A DNA stretch of 30,224 nucleotides from a virus (lineage: Duplodnaviria > Caudoviricetes): positions 1-30,224 of IMG/VR virus record IMGVR_UViG_3300031972_000039; one strand, 5' to 3'. Positions 17,803-27,307 of this stretch are shown here, piece by piece. Within the stretch, counting starts at the first letter, position 1. Every line of letters starts with the position of its first letter. The notes below the pieces were generated by a model. The model was not told where the DNA came from. It saw only the letters and a program-made list of their open reading frames with translations, and ran no database searches. The position numbers and the translations under genes are program-made.

Positions 17803-18794
17803 CAACTAGAGACTTCACAGCTAACGTTATATCTGCTACTAAAGTAGTGCCTGATGGTAAACTTGTAAGTAGTGCAGCTTCTGGTGTGTGGACTTTAGAC
17901 GAACACTATGATTTAGTTAAAGGTGATAACTGGCCTAATGCAGCTAACTTAGCTCCAAGAGCTTTGTTTGGTGCTATAAATCAAGATAACATTGAAAAAA
18001 TAGAAATAGGTACAACAGGAAACTCTACAGATTATGGGGATCTAAGTGTCGGTAGATACCTTTTAGGTTCTTGTAGCTCTACAACTAGAGCAATTTTTTG
18101 TGGTGGACAGTCTAGTAATGTAATAGATTATGTTGAGTTTGCAAGTGCAGGTAATGCTTCAGACTTTGGTGATCTTGGTAATACTGCTGCAGGATGTGTT
18201 GCGACAAGCAACTCCACAAGAGGTATTATAACTAGATTAGATGATATATTTTATATTACCATAGCTACCACAGGTAACTCTTCTACTTTTGGTACAAGTG
18301 ATGGTGACAGGGCATACTGTGGAATGTGTGCAAACGACACAAGAGCCGTATTTGCAGGTGGCACATCTAGAGAGCAAACAATGGACTATGTAACCATAGC
18401 AACTACAGGTAATGGTGTAGACTTTGGTAGTTGTAGTGGTCTATATGAACGTTTAGGTAATGGATCTGTTGCTAGTGCAACAAGGGGTATATTTGGGGGA
18501 GGTTACAGTTCTACTACTGGTGGCGTTACGGATAGAATATCTTATATAACTATTGCAAGCACAGGCAATACTACGGACTTTGGAGATTTAGCTGTTGCAA
18601 AAAGTGGACAAGCGTCTGCCTCAAGTCTAGTTAGAGGAACTTTTGCAGGTGGTGCATCTGCTTCAGCAAAACTAAATGTAATTGAATATATAACAATAGG
18701 TACAACAGGTAATACTACGGACTTTGGTGATCTATCTATTGCAGAGGCTGATGGTGTTGCAGGGTGTTCTAACGCTCATGGCGGTTTACAATAA
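17799..18794 (+). CDS. Six-repeat Kelch-like beta-propeller; putative receptor-binding protein 3
   Basis: SGVWTL motif; six repeats, two of them degenerate; ends HGGLQ. Confidence 0.8.
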   Translation: MTTRDFTANVISATKVVPDGKLVSSAASGVWTLDEHYDLVKGDNWPNAANLAPRALFGAINQDNIEKIEIGTTGNSTDYGDLSVGRYLLGSCSSTTRAIFCGGQSSNVIDYVEFASAGNASDFGDLGNTAAGCVATSNSTRGIITRLDDIFYITIATTGNSSTFGTSDGDRAYCGMCANDTRAVFAGGTSREQTMDYVTIATTGNGVDFGSCSGLYERLGNGSVASATRGIFGGGYSSTTGGVTDRISYITIASTGNTTDFGDLAVAKSGQASASSLVRGTFAGGASASAKLNVIEYITIGTTGNTTDFGDLSIAEADGVAGCSNAHGGLQ

Positions 18795-18809
18795 GGAAAA
18801 ACTAAAAAC

Positions 18810-19673
18810 ATGTTAAAAGATTTATCAAAAACTTACAACGAGGATCAGACACAACTGGTCACACAAGACATAGACATTCAGCTACCAATGTCAAAGCCTG
18901 AATACAAATCTATGTTGGCTAACATAAAAGATCATGCTCCTGCTATACGACAGGCATCAAGTAACTTCTACAAGTCTCACTCACAGATGATGAGTGTAAC
19001 ACTGGACGTTACAGCTATCACACCTATACGTTCTATCAAGCACAGTCTAGCTGAGATAGAAAAAACTAAAGCTGCACTACAAGAGTCTTACTTTAAAATG
19101 AAGAAGGACGAAGTAAAACTAAAGAAGCTAGAACGTAAGCTACTAGATGAGACTGATCCACTAGAGCAAGAGATGTTAGAGATTAAGATAACAGAGAAGC
19201 AAGCTCAAGCTGCAAGCTCTCGTGGTTATGTTGAAGGTGCAGTACGTAAGCTAAACTTCTTTACGAACCAGTACGATAACCTAATGGAGAAGATAGGTAA
19301 AGAAGAACTAACAGAAGAAGACTACGAGCTAGAAGAAATTAAGTACCACATTATGACCTGCATGAAGCAAGCACTCAACAGTGCAAGACCACGTAACGGT
19401 GTCATTGATGAAGGTAACATGATTTACTTGTTTGACTTAGGTATCAATGCAGCACAGGCACAGGCTGAAGTGTTTTCGTATCTTAACTGGGAAAACGAAC
19501 TAGTAAAAGATGGTAAAGCACCAGAGCATTACCACACAGTGCAGTGGCTAGAAGCTTGTGCAGATAAGTGGGCGCACTGCCCAGGTGACTTTGCTAACAG
19601 TCGTGGATTTAACATACTAGATAAAACATCTTTAACAAACACACCACAGTTAGAGGATAAGACAGATGGCTGA
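18810..19673 (+). CDS. Hypothetical coiled-coil protein
   Basis: 287-aa ORF with AAGGA RBS; central charged heptad-rich region. Confidence 0.8.
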   Translation: MLKDLSKTYNEDQTQLVTQDIDIQLPMSKPEYKSMLANIKDHAPAIRQASSNFYKSHSQMMSVTLDVTAITPIRSIKHSLAEIEKTKAALQESYFKMKKDEVKLKKLERKLLDETDPLEQEMLEIKITEKQAQAASSRGYVEGAVRKLNFFTNQYDNLMEKIGKEELTEEDYELEEIKYHIMTCMKQALNSARPRNGVIDEGNMIYLFDLGINAAQAQAEVFSYLNWENELVKDGKAPEHYHTVQWLEACADKWAHCPGDFANSRGFNILDKTSLTNTPQLEDKTDG

Positions 19674-19911
19674 CATTACACCAGAGCAACTAGAGGATAT
19701 GCTAGATCGTGCCGCTAAGAAAGGTGCGAGTGAAGCTCTGCGTGAACTTGGTCTACAGGATCAAGATGCAGCTAACGACATAAGAGACATGCGTGGTTTG
19801 TTAGAGGCATGGAGATACACTAAGAAAAGCATATGGGCTACAACAGTAAAGATGGGAACCGTAGCCGTACTAACATTCTTAGCTACAGCAGTTTGGATGA
19901 CGTTTAAATAA
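19666..19911 (+). CDS. Small membrane protein, DUF6127-like, possibly lysis-related
   Basis: LDRAAKKGASEALRELGL...DIRDMRGLLEAWR followed by a C-terminal TM helix. Confidence 0.7.
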   Translation: MADITPEQLEDMLDRAAKKGASEALRELGLQDQDAANDIRDMRGLLEAWRYTKKSIWATTVKMGTVAVLTFLATAVWMTFK

Positions 19912-19938
19912 TACATACCAAGGGTAGGGAGAGGACTC

Positions 19939-20397
19939 GTGGACCCAGTTACCATTATCGGTGGTGCGACTGTTGCGTTTAATGCGCTAAAGAAAGGCTT
20001 TCAAGTAGGCAAGGATCTACAAGATATGTCAGGACAGTTGACCCAATGGGCAGGTTGCATGAGTGATCTGTCCTACGCTGAACAGAAAAACAAGAACCCT
20101 CCTTGGTGGAAAGCACTTAATGGTGGATCTGTTGAAGCTGAAGCTCTAGAGATATTTACGGCTAAGAAAAAAGCAGAGTCTATGAGAAAAGAGCTAAAGG
20201 ATTGGATTAGTTTCAGCATGGGGCCATCTGCATGGGATGAGCTTGTGGCTACTGAGGGTAAGATACGTAAACAAAAGAAAGATCAAGAGTATCGTAAAGC
20301 AGAGATACAAGAAGCAATAGTTACTTGGACTCTTTCAATACTGATAATACTAACTGGGGCAGGAATGCTAGGTTTCATAATATACATGGTGACATAA
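19939..20397 (+). CDS. Hypothetical phage protein with C-terminal TM helix
   Basis: GTG start with GAGGA RBS; MDPVTIIGGATVAFNALKKG N-terminus; hydrophobic C-terminus. Confidence 0.8.
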   Translation: MDPVTIIGGATVAFNALKKGFQVGKDLQDMSGQLTQWAGCMSDLSYAEQKNKNPPWWKALNGGSVEAEALEIFTAKKKAESMRKELKDWISFSMGPSAWDELVATEGKIRKQKKDQEYRKAEIQEAIVTWTLSILIILTGAGMLGFIIYMVT

Positions 20398-23300
20398 ATG
20401 GCTAAGTTCAAAGGTTTTACAAATCAACAAACACATCAACTGCTGAGTGAGCTTGGCTATGATGGTCCTGTAGATACAGAGATGATGGATGCTTTTGTAG
20501 CAGCCACACCATCTGCTGCATCTATGCTAGGCCGTTATAACGAAATGGCTAGAGATCGTATTGAAGGTAGACCAATGTCTATGGGCTTTCAAGCTGGTGG
20601 TGAAATACCTGATTGGGTAGATCCAGACTATGGCTATGATCCTGCTAATCCACGTAAGCCAAACATGCGTGAGATGATGAATGCAGGTCTTAGTACCAAA
20701 GACGCAAGCGAGATGCTTTATGGTGTTGTTGGTTCCAATAAGGACACTCGTAATTGGGATGCTATAATGGCATCTGATGATATTGCCACTACTGCTAGAG
20801 CAGCCACAAATCAGATGTACTCAGATCCCAGAGCCACTTCAAATAATTTAGAAAACTCAACCACAGATTCTGCCGTATCTCAAGCATCAGATGACGCACC
20901 AAATTTAGTAATAGGTGGTGGGTATAATGGTATTACTGTTGTTCCTCACAGTGTAGGTGGTAAGGATTACTTTGGAGTTGTTTCTGCAGATGGTCTTTTG
21001 CTAGGCGGTGGCTTTAGAACTGAAGAAGAGGCAACAAAACACGCTACAGAAAAATTTGGTTTGGGTACTACATCAACAATTAATTTACTAAAAAGAAACA
21101 TCCCACCAAGAAGAGATACTACAGGTACAGATACTACAGGTACAGATACTACAGGTACAGATACTACAGGTACAGATACTACAGGTACAGGTACTACAGG
21201 TACAGGTACTACAGGTACAGGTACTACAGGTACAGGTACTACTAGTACATTCGCTACTGATACATCTACAACACCTACAACTACTGGCACTCCAACTCCA
21301 TTTGGCACAGGAGATGACACTGGACAACAGCAGCAGACAGCAACTGATACACCCTCTGCTCTTACGTATACTTCGGGGCAAGGCCAGACACAACTAGACG
21401 ATGCACAGCAAGCATACGCTGATGCACAGAAGACATTAACAGATGCACAAAAAGCGTTTAACAATCTTACAGATCCATCTAACTTATACACTAATTTAGA
21501 GGAGGTTAAACAAGGAGTTTTAAACAGCGACTTTAACGAAGGCACAGATGGTGTCCAACAATCAGGTAGAGAAACTGTTGATATGAATGCAGTTTTGCAG
21601 ATTATGATGGATTACCCTGCAATAAAATCTGATACTGAACTAGAGTTTAAAAAGATAGGAGATTATTGGCACATCGTAGCCCCTTCGTTAGGCCCAGATT
21701 ATAAAATAAGTTTGCAGCATCAAACAGAAAAATTTGCATTAAGTAAATTTAATATGTATAAAGCTATGCTTAAAGGTTCTGAATCTATAATCAGCACTGA
21801 AGAAAAAGATAAATTAACAGAAGAGTATACCACAGCAGAACAAAATCTAACTAATGCACAAGACTTAATAACTCAAACCTATGGAGACTTACAGGCTGCA
21901 GAAGAACGTATGAAGGTTACTGACATACCTAGTGTAGCTGAATCTCTAGCACAAACAATAAGCTCTCCCTCTACACTCGTAACCAAAGCAGATGTATCTT
22001 TAATTAAAGTAGAAAATGGTCAGCTTTTAAATAAAGGCACAGGTGAAGTAGCCAGTATAGATGATGTCATTGCATCACAAGCAGCTACAGCAGATGCAGT
22101 AGATGCACCATCAGTTAAAGCAGTTAGAGGTTATTTAGCTAGATTAACTCCAGAGGAAATGCGAGAAAAGTATCCACCATATCCTAATCCAGTGCCTGCT
22201 GTAATACCTTTACCTGAAGCCGTTAGAAATGATATAGCAGAATACTATACTAATCAACAAGCACAAGTATCACAGGATGCAACAGATGCTGCTGCAGCAG
22301 TCTACACTGCTTACATGTCTCAAGCAAAAGTAACAACTGCACTAGAAGACTTTGCAGCTAAAACAGGTACACTATCTGATGATGCCGTAGCTAAAGCAGC
22401 TACCATGCCACCAGAAGATTTAGCACAGTTAGACTTAGATCCTAAAACTTTAGACACTATAAGAGAAGTACAAAAGATAACTAGAGAAATGCAGGACGGT
22501 GAACTACCTGATCCTGCTACCTTTGATGAGATTGTGCAAGCTCCAGATCAACAGATTACAGAACCTGTAGAAGAGATAGATGCTGCTAAGTTTGCGACAG
22601 ACACACCCATAGCCACACCTCAAGTTGACTACACACTACCACCTACACAGTCAGCTACTGCAGAGGCTACACGAGTAGAGAATGCTGCAGAGTTTTCTGA
22701 GATAGCAAATGCACCAGAGAAGCAGACAGAGTTTGTACCTGACATAACATCAGCACAAGCGACAGTTGTAGATGCGAATGAGATAGTAGATGTAAACAAC
22801 ATACTGAACACAGAAGAGATTGTTGTAACTGGACAAACACTCAGTGGACTAAACGAAGCAGCTACACTAAAAGCACAGACTGCTACATTCTCACAACAGC
22901 TAGAGGCACAGTATACTAAGGGTGAAGTTAGCCCACAGTCTACCGTATCTTTCCAACTAGAAAAACTTATGGACTCGTTCAACGATGGCACACCTGCATG
23001 GGCTGCAGGAGCATTACGTAAAGTAAACGAAGTTATGAATGCTAGAGGTTTAGGTGCTAGTTCTATGGCAGGGGCAGCTATGATACAAGCTGCTATGGAG
23101 AGTGCCATACCAATAGCACAGGCTGATGCGTCTATCTTTCAAGCTATGGACATGGAGAATGTTCGTAACAAACAAGCTGTAGCTTTAGCTAATGCTGCTG
23201 CTGCACAGAGGTTTGAGCTAGAAAACCTAACTAATAGACAATCCACTGCAGTACAGAACAGCATGAACAACGCTAACTTACAGCTAACCAACTTGAGTAA

Positions 23301-24735
23301 TACACAAGAGGCTGTACTAGCACAAGCACAACTAAGGGCAGGTCTACGAAATCAGAACCTTAGTGTATCACAAAACGTTGCACTAGCGAATGCAGGTAGA
23401 TTTGCAGAAGTAAACAACTTAAACTTAACTAACAGACAACAGGCATCTATACTAGAGTCTACACAGGCACTTGAAGTAGATCTTACAAACCTGTCAAACG
23501 CACAACAAACTGCGCTAGCTAACTTACAAGTCAAAGCTTCTATGATGGGGCAAGAGCTTACTAACGAGCAGCAGGTAGCTGTACTTACAAGCACACAAGC
23601 ATTTGAAACAGAGATGCTAAACGCTACAAGTAAACAGCAAGCTTTCTTACAGGATGCTTCAGCTACTGCAGCTATGCAAGGTAGAGCCTTAGATAACAGA
23701 CAGCAGACATCTCTGTTCAACGTGTCTAACCAGTTGCAAGAACGTGAACTAGAACTAAACAACGAACAACAAGTTAGACTGTTTAACATGAGTAATAAGT
23801 TAAACATCGAAGTAGAAAACTTGTCTAATCGTCAACAGACTGCACTAGCTAATGCACAGATAGAAGCATCCATGCGTGGGCAAGAACTTACTAACGAACA
23901 ACAAGTAAATGTAATACGTGCAGAACGTTTAGCTGAAATAGCTAACCTGCAGTTTAATGCAGACCAGACTCGTGTGTTACGTAACTCAGAACTAGTGCAA
24001 ACCTTTGACTTAACTAATGTGACTAACTCACAAGCTAAACTATTAGCAGATGCAGCAGCACTAACACAAGTTGATGTAACTAACCTGTCTAACGAGCAAC
24101 AAGCAGCGCAACAAAAAGCCAATGCGTTCTTACAGTTAGACTTGTCCAACATCGACAAGCTACAACAGATGGAGTTGTTTAAAGCACAAGAGTCAATACA
24201 AAGTATTTTTAGTGATCAGGGTGCATCTAATGCAGCATCACAGTTCAATGCAGCTAGTCAAAATCAGATTAGACAGTTTATGATGAATCAAGATGCTCAG
24301 ATAGATATGTTTAACAATGCACAGATGAATGCTATGAATCAGTTTAACACAGGTGAGCTTAACTCTATCTCTAAGTTTAATCAAGAGCTACAGAATCAAC
24401 GAGACATGTTTAACGCACAGAACCAGTTAGTCGTAGCACAAGCTAACGCACAGTGGAGACAGAATATAGCAACGATAAATAACGCATCCATTAATGAAGC
24501 TAACATGCGTGAGGCTATGGCAGCTAACAATCTAACAGCACAAGGTATTGCTGAGTTGTGGCAACAAGAGCGTGACTTGATGAACTACGCATGGCAGACT
24601 GCAGACAATGAGCTTGACAGACAAAACAAGTTAGCTATTCAAAACATTAGTGCTGATGCTCAACCTTCTGGTTTAGCCAGTGCAGCAGGTACATTTTTAG
24701 GCACCATAGTTAATGGCTATCTAAAAAGTCAATAA
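20398..24735 (+). CDS. Large internal virion or DNA-ejection protein
   Basis: 1445 aa; Thr/Gly linker; long Q/N/A/L-rich helical repeats (NLSNRQQTALAN, ELTNEQQV); Gly/Ala-rich hydrophobic segments. Confidence 0.7.
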   Translation: MAKFKGFTNQQTHQLLSELGYDGPVDTEMMDAFVAATPSAASMLGRYNEMARDRIEGRPMSMGFQAGGEIPDWVDPDYGYDPANPRKPNMREMMNAGLSTKDASEMLYGVVGSNKDTRNWDAIMASDDIATTARAATNQMYSDPRATSNNLENSTTDSAVSQASDDAPNLVIGGGYNGITVVPHSVGGKDYFGVVSADGLLLGGGFRTEEEATKHATEKFGLGTTSTINLLKRNIPPRRDTTGTDTTGTDTTGTDTTGTDTTGTGTTGTGTTGTGTTGTGTTSTFATDTSTTPTTTGTPTPFGTGDDTGQQQQTATDTPSALTYTSGQGQTQLDDAQQAYADAQKTLTDAQKAFNNLTDPSNLYTNLEEVKQGVLNSDFNEGTDGVQQSGRETVDMNAVLQIMMDYPAIKSDTELEFKKIGDYWHIVAPSLGPDYKISLQHQTEKFALSKFNMYKAMLKGSESIISTEEKDKLTEEYTTAEQNLTNAQDLITQTYGDLQAAEERMKVTDIPSVAESLAQTISSPSTLVTKADVSLIKVENGQLLNKGTGEVASIDDVIASQAATADAVDAPSVKAVRGYLARLTPEEMREKYPPYPNPVPAVIPLPEAVRNDIAEYYTNQQAQVSQDATDAAAAVYTAYMSQAKVTTALEDFAAKTGTLSDDAVAKAATMPPEDLAQLDLDPKTLDTIREVQKITREMQDGELPDPATFDEIVQAPDQQITEPVEEIDAAKFATDTPIATPQVDYTLPPTQSATAEATRVENAAEFSEIANAPEKQTEFVPDITSAQATVVDANEIVDVNNILNTEEIVVTGQTLSGLNEAATLKAQTATFSQQLEAQYTKGEVSPQSTVSFQLEKLMDSFNDGTPAWAAGALRKVNEVMNARGLGASSMAGAAMIQAAMESAIPIAQADASIFQAMDMENVRNKQAVALANAAAAQRFELENLTNRQSTAVQNSMNNANLQLTNLSNTQEAVLAQAQLRAGLRNQNLSVSQNVALANAGRFAEVNNLNLTNRQQASILESTQALEVDLTNLSNAQQTALANLQVKASMMGQELTNEQQVAVLTSTQAFETEMLNATSKQQAFLQDASATAAMQGRALDNRQQTSLFNVSNQLQERELELNNEQQVRLFNMSNKLNIEVENLSNRQQTALANAQIEASMRGQELTNEQQVNVIRAERLAEIANLQFNADQTRVLRNSELVQTFDLTNVTNSQAKLLADAAALTQVDVTNLSNEQQAAQQKANAFLQLDLSNIDKLQQMELFKAQESIQSIFSDQGASNAASQFNAASQNQIRQFMMNQDAQIDMFNNAQMNAMNQFNTGELNSISKFNQELQNQRDMFNAQNQLVVAQANAQWRQNIATINNASINEANMREAMAANNLTAQGIAELWQQERDLMNYAWQTADNELDRQNKLAIQNISADAQPSGLASAAGTFLGTIVNGYLKSQ
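21115..21249 (+). repeat. In-frame 15-bp tandem repeat, 9 units
   Basis: GATACTACAGGTACA x5, GGTACTACAGGTACA x3, GGTACTACTAGTACA x1, encoding (D/G)TTGT. Confidence 0.97.
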
Positions 24736-24751
24736 TACAGGATAATAAGAC

Positions 24752-26245
24752 ATGATAGATTTTGAAACCTTTGTAGCAACAATCATAAAAGAAAAGTTTG
24801 CAGAAATGGATGAGACTGCAGCAGATGCACGAGAGCAACAAAGCATTGCACAAAAGGGTCTTGGTAATAGAGTTATAAGTAACACACAAATAAAAACAGA
24901 TGCTTTGCCACCAGCCGAAAAAACAGTATCTACTGCCACTCGTGTTTTAAATGACATGTCTGATCCACTATACTATCAACCTGATGAGTTTCCTACTCAA
25001 GAGGTACGTGTAGATAGAGCACCTAGATTTAGCAATATAAATAGATCTACTGTATTAGATATACTGAGTGCTAATCGTGACGGTCTAGAGAAGCAAGGTA
25101 TAGTTAAAATGCCTATGGGTATGTTACGAAAGTCAGATCCAACGTTGGATATAGATGGACTACAAAGTAGAATACTAGATAGGTTAGATTTAAGAACGCC
25201 AGAGGGAAGTGTGCAAGATATACAATATGGTGCAGAGTTAGGAAAACTAGGAGAGGTTAAAGATGCTGATACAGATATTGATGTTGACAGGGATGCTCCT
25301 GCTGGGGGAGGACAAGACAACCAGCCTAATGTAGATGATGTATCTACAGGTGGTCTAATGACTAAGCCAAAAGCTAGACCAGATTTATTTTCTCCAGATG
25401 AAACAACTAAAATAAAAGCTGTTCAAAAAATAATAGGAACAAAAGCAGATGGAAACTTTGGAGCAGGTTCAAAAGCTAAACTAAAAGCTTGGCAGTACAT
25501 ACATAACTTACCTACCACAGGTGAGTTAGATGAAACAACTATGAATGCTTTAAAAGACCCTGACACGTATGACACAAGAGCAATAACTAGAAATAATTTT
25601 ATACAGAGTAAAACATTTGATTTGTTAAAAGGTGTGGAGGGATTTAAAGAAGAAGCATATATAGGATTAATACAAGAGAATAAATATAAGTCTGGTTTAA
25701 CAGTGGGAGCAGGTCTTGATTTTGGTCAGCACACTGAGGATGCTCTTATTAATATGGGTGTTCCTAAATCTATGATTGACAAAGTTAAAAAGGCTGGTTG
25801 GATAGGATTAAACCCTGACACAATTATTGACCCAGAAACAGGTCAAGCAGCAGCTAATAGAACTATTGGTGAAAAACTTCTTAAAGCAAAAAAAGAAAAG
25901 CAAGAAAATGAGGGAACTTTTCCTACTTTTACTTATGAAGAGTTGGCTGCTTCTGCTCCTTCAGTATATAAAATATATGAAAATGCAGCTAGGGAACAAT
26001 ATAACGAAGCTGTAAAAGCATCTCCACTAGATGAAGCATCTTTTATGTATGATTCTTTTGATGATTTAAGCGAAGATACTAAGGCAGTTTTAAGTTTAGA
26101 AAAATATCATAGAGGTGTGGACTACGATATATCCGCAATGATAGTTGGAGCAAGAAAAGATGATGCTAAATTAACAGCAAGTAAAATAAAATCTAAATCA
26201 CGTAGAAAAAACATGGTAGATTTTCTTAACAAAATAGGTTTTTAA
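24752..26245 (+). CDS. Peptidoglycan hydrolase: PG-binding domain plus pesticin-like muramidase, probably virion-associated
   Basis: IKAVQKIIG..ADGNFGAGSKAKLKAWQ..HNLPTTGELDETT (PG_binding_1 pattern); FDLLKGVEG...SGLTVGAGLDFGQ (pesticin C-terminal lysozyme pattern). Confidence 0.72.
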   Translation: MIDFETFVATIIKEKFAEMDETAADAREQQSIAQKGLGNRVISNTQIKTDALPPAEKTVSTATRVLNDMSDPLYYQPDEFPTQEVRVDRAPRFSNINRSTVLDILSANRDGLEKQGIVKMPMGMLRKSDPTLDIDGLQSRILDRLDLRTPEGSVQDIQYGAELGKLGEVKDADTDIDVDRDAPAGGGQDNQPNVDDVSTGGLMTKPKARPDLFSPDETTKIKAVQKIIGTKADGNFGAGSKAKLKAWQYIHNLPTTGELDETTMNALKDPDTYDTRAITRNNFIQSKTFDLLKGVEGFKEEAYIGLIQENKYKSGLTVGAGLDFGQHTEDALINMGVPKSMIDKVKKAGWIGLNPDTIIDPETGQAAANRTIGEKLLKAKKEKQENEGTFPTFTYEELAASAPSVYKIYENAAREQYNEAVKASPLDEASFMYDSFDDLSEDTKAVLSLEKYHRGVDYDISAMIVGARKDDAKLTASKIKSKSRRKNMVDFLNKIGF

Positions 26246-26247
26246 TA

Positions 26248-26691
26248 ATGATGGGATTACCTTTAGAACTAATAACCATGCTTTTCTCTACTGTACTAGG
26301 TGGGGTGATGTCTATATGGGGGCAGTCTGTAAAGGCTAAAGAAGCTAACAACAAGATGCTCATGGAACGTGCTAACTTCAGAAAAGAAGCTGTAGCTGAT
26401 GCACGTAACGCTGGCAAGGATGACAAGCACTTTGCTTGGACTAGAAGATTGATAGCATTAGGTGCAGTATTTAGCATTATTGTCTTGCCAAAGCTAGTCG
26501 CAGTGTGGTATCCTGAAGTCAGCGTTTATGTAGGATATACAGAAGCAACTGGTGGTTTTATGAACTGGTTGTTTGGACCTGATGAAGCTATACAATGGAA
26601 GATGGCTAAAGGTTTTGTAATCACACCACTAGATACACATATTGTATCAGCCATAGTAGGATTATACTTTGGCGCTGGGTTTACTAAATAG
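26248..26691 (+). CDS. Membrane protein with three hydrophobic segments, holin-like
   Basis: Hydrophobic stretches at the N-terminus, after WTRR, and at the C-terminal AIVGLYFG; adjacent to the muramidase gene. Confidence 0.65.
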   Translation: MMGLPLELITMLFSTVLGGVMSIWGQSVKAKEANNKMLMERANFRKEAVADARNAGKDDKHFAWTRRLIALGAVFSIIVLPKLVAVWYPEVSVYVGYTEATGGFMNWLFGPDEAIQWKMAKGFVITPLDTHIVSAIVGLYFGAGFTK

Positions 26692-26700
26692 GAAAAGAAA

Positions 26701-27306
26701 ATGGAAGCAACAACTTTTGGAGCACCAATACCAGGAAACTCTCTGTTCACTACACCTAGTGATGTACCGTGGGAGCGTCCATCTGAGTTAGATACAGTAG
26801 ATGATGCGTTAGCCTACTACTTTACTAACCTGCGTGATCCTGAAATCATAGATGACGTTATGACTGTGGTTGACATGGGCATACCGTTAGAGCCTATCGT
26901 CAAGACTATGTATATGTCATCAGTTATGATGGGCATACACAACTTAGATGTAGGTCTTATTGTTGCACCTGTGTTGACTGAGTTCTTAGCAGCCGTAGCA
27001 AAAACATACGAGATAGATTTTAGATACGCTAATATAGATCCTCAAGAAGCTAGAAACGAAAAAGAACAACAGAAAGTAGAAATGATGTTGAGGACAGCCA
27101 TAGACAGAGGCATAGAGACAGGTGGAGAGGATGACAAGGGAGTTGCTTTACTAAAAGAGATGGCAGCTACTCTTGAAGACGAGGGTGAAGTAGAGGTAGA
27201 AACAAAAGAAAATGTACAAGATGAGCCACCTGAACCAGTAGAGTTACAGCTTGTCGAAGAGCAACCTGTTCAAGAGCAGGGTCTAATGGCTAGGAGAGGT
27301 ATGTAA
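26701..27306 (+). CDS. Hypothetical acidic virion protein
   Basis: FGAPIPGNSL...PWERP N-terminus; acidic tail ending GLMARRGM. Confidence 0.8.
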   Translation: MEATTFGAPIPGNSLFTTPSDVPWERPSELDTVDDALAYYFTNLRDPEIIDDVMTVVDMGIPLEPIVKTMYMSSVMMGIHNLDVGLIVAPVLTEFLAAVAKTYEIDFRYANIDPQEARNEKEQQKVEMMLRTAIDRGIETGGEDDKGVALLKEMAATLEDEGEVEVETKENVQDEPPEPVELQLVEEQPVQEQGLMARRGM

Positions 27307-27307
27307 G

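Noticed and set aside
15644-18794. Possible CRISPR array or diversity-generating retroelement
   Set aside because: The repeats are degenerate, in frame and protein-coding. No cas gene, reverse transcriptase or adenine-specific template/variable repeat pair was seen in the window.
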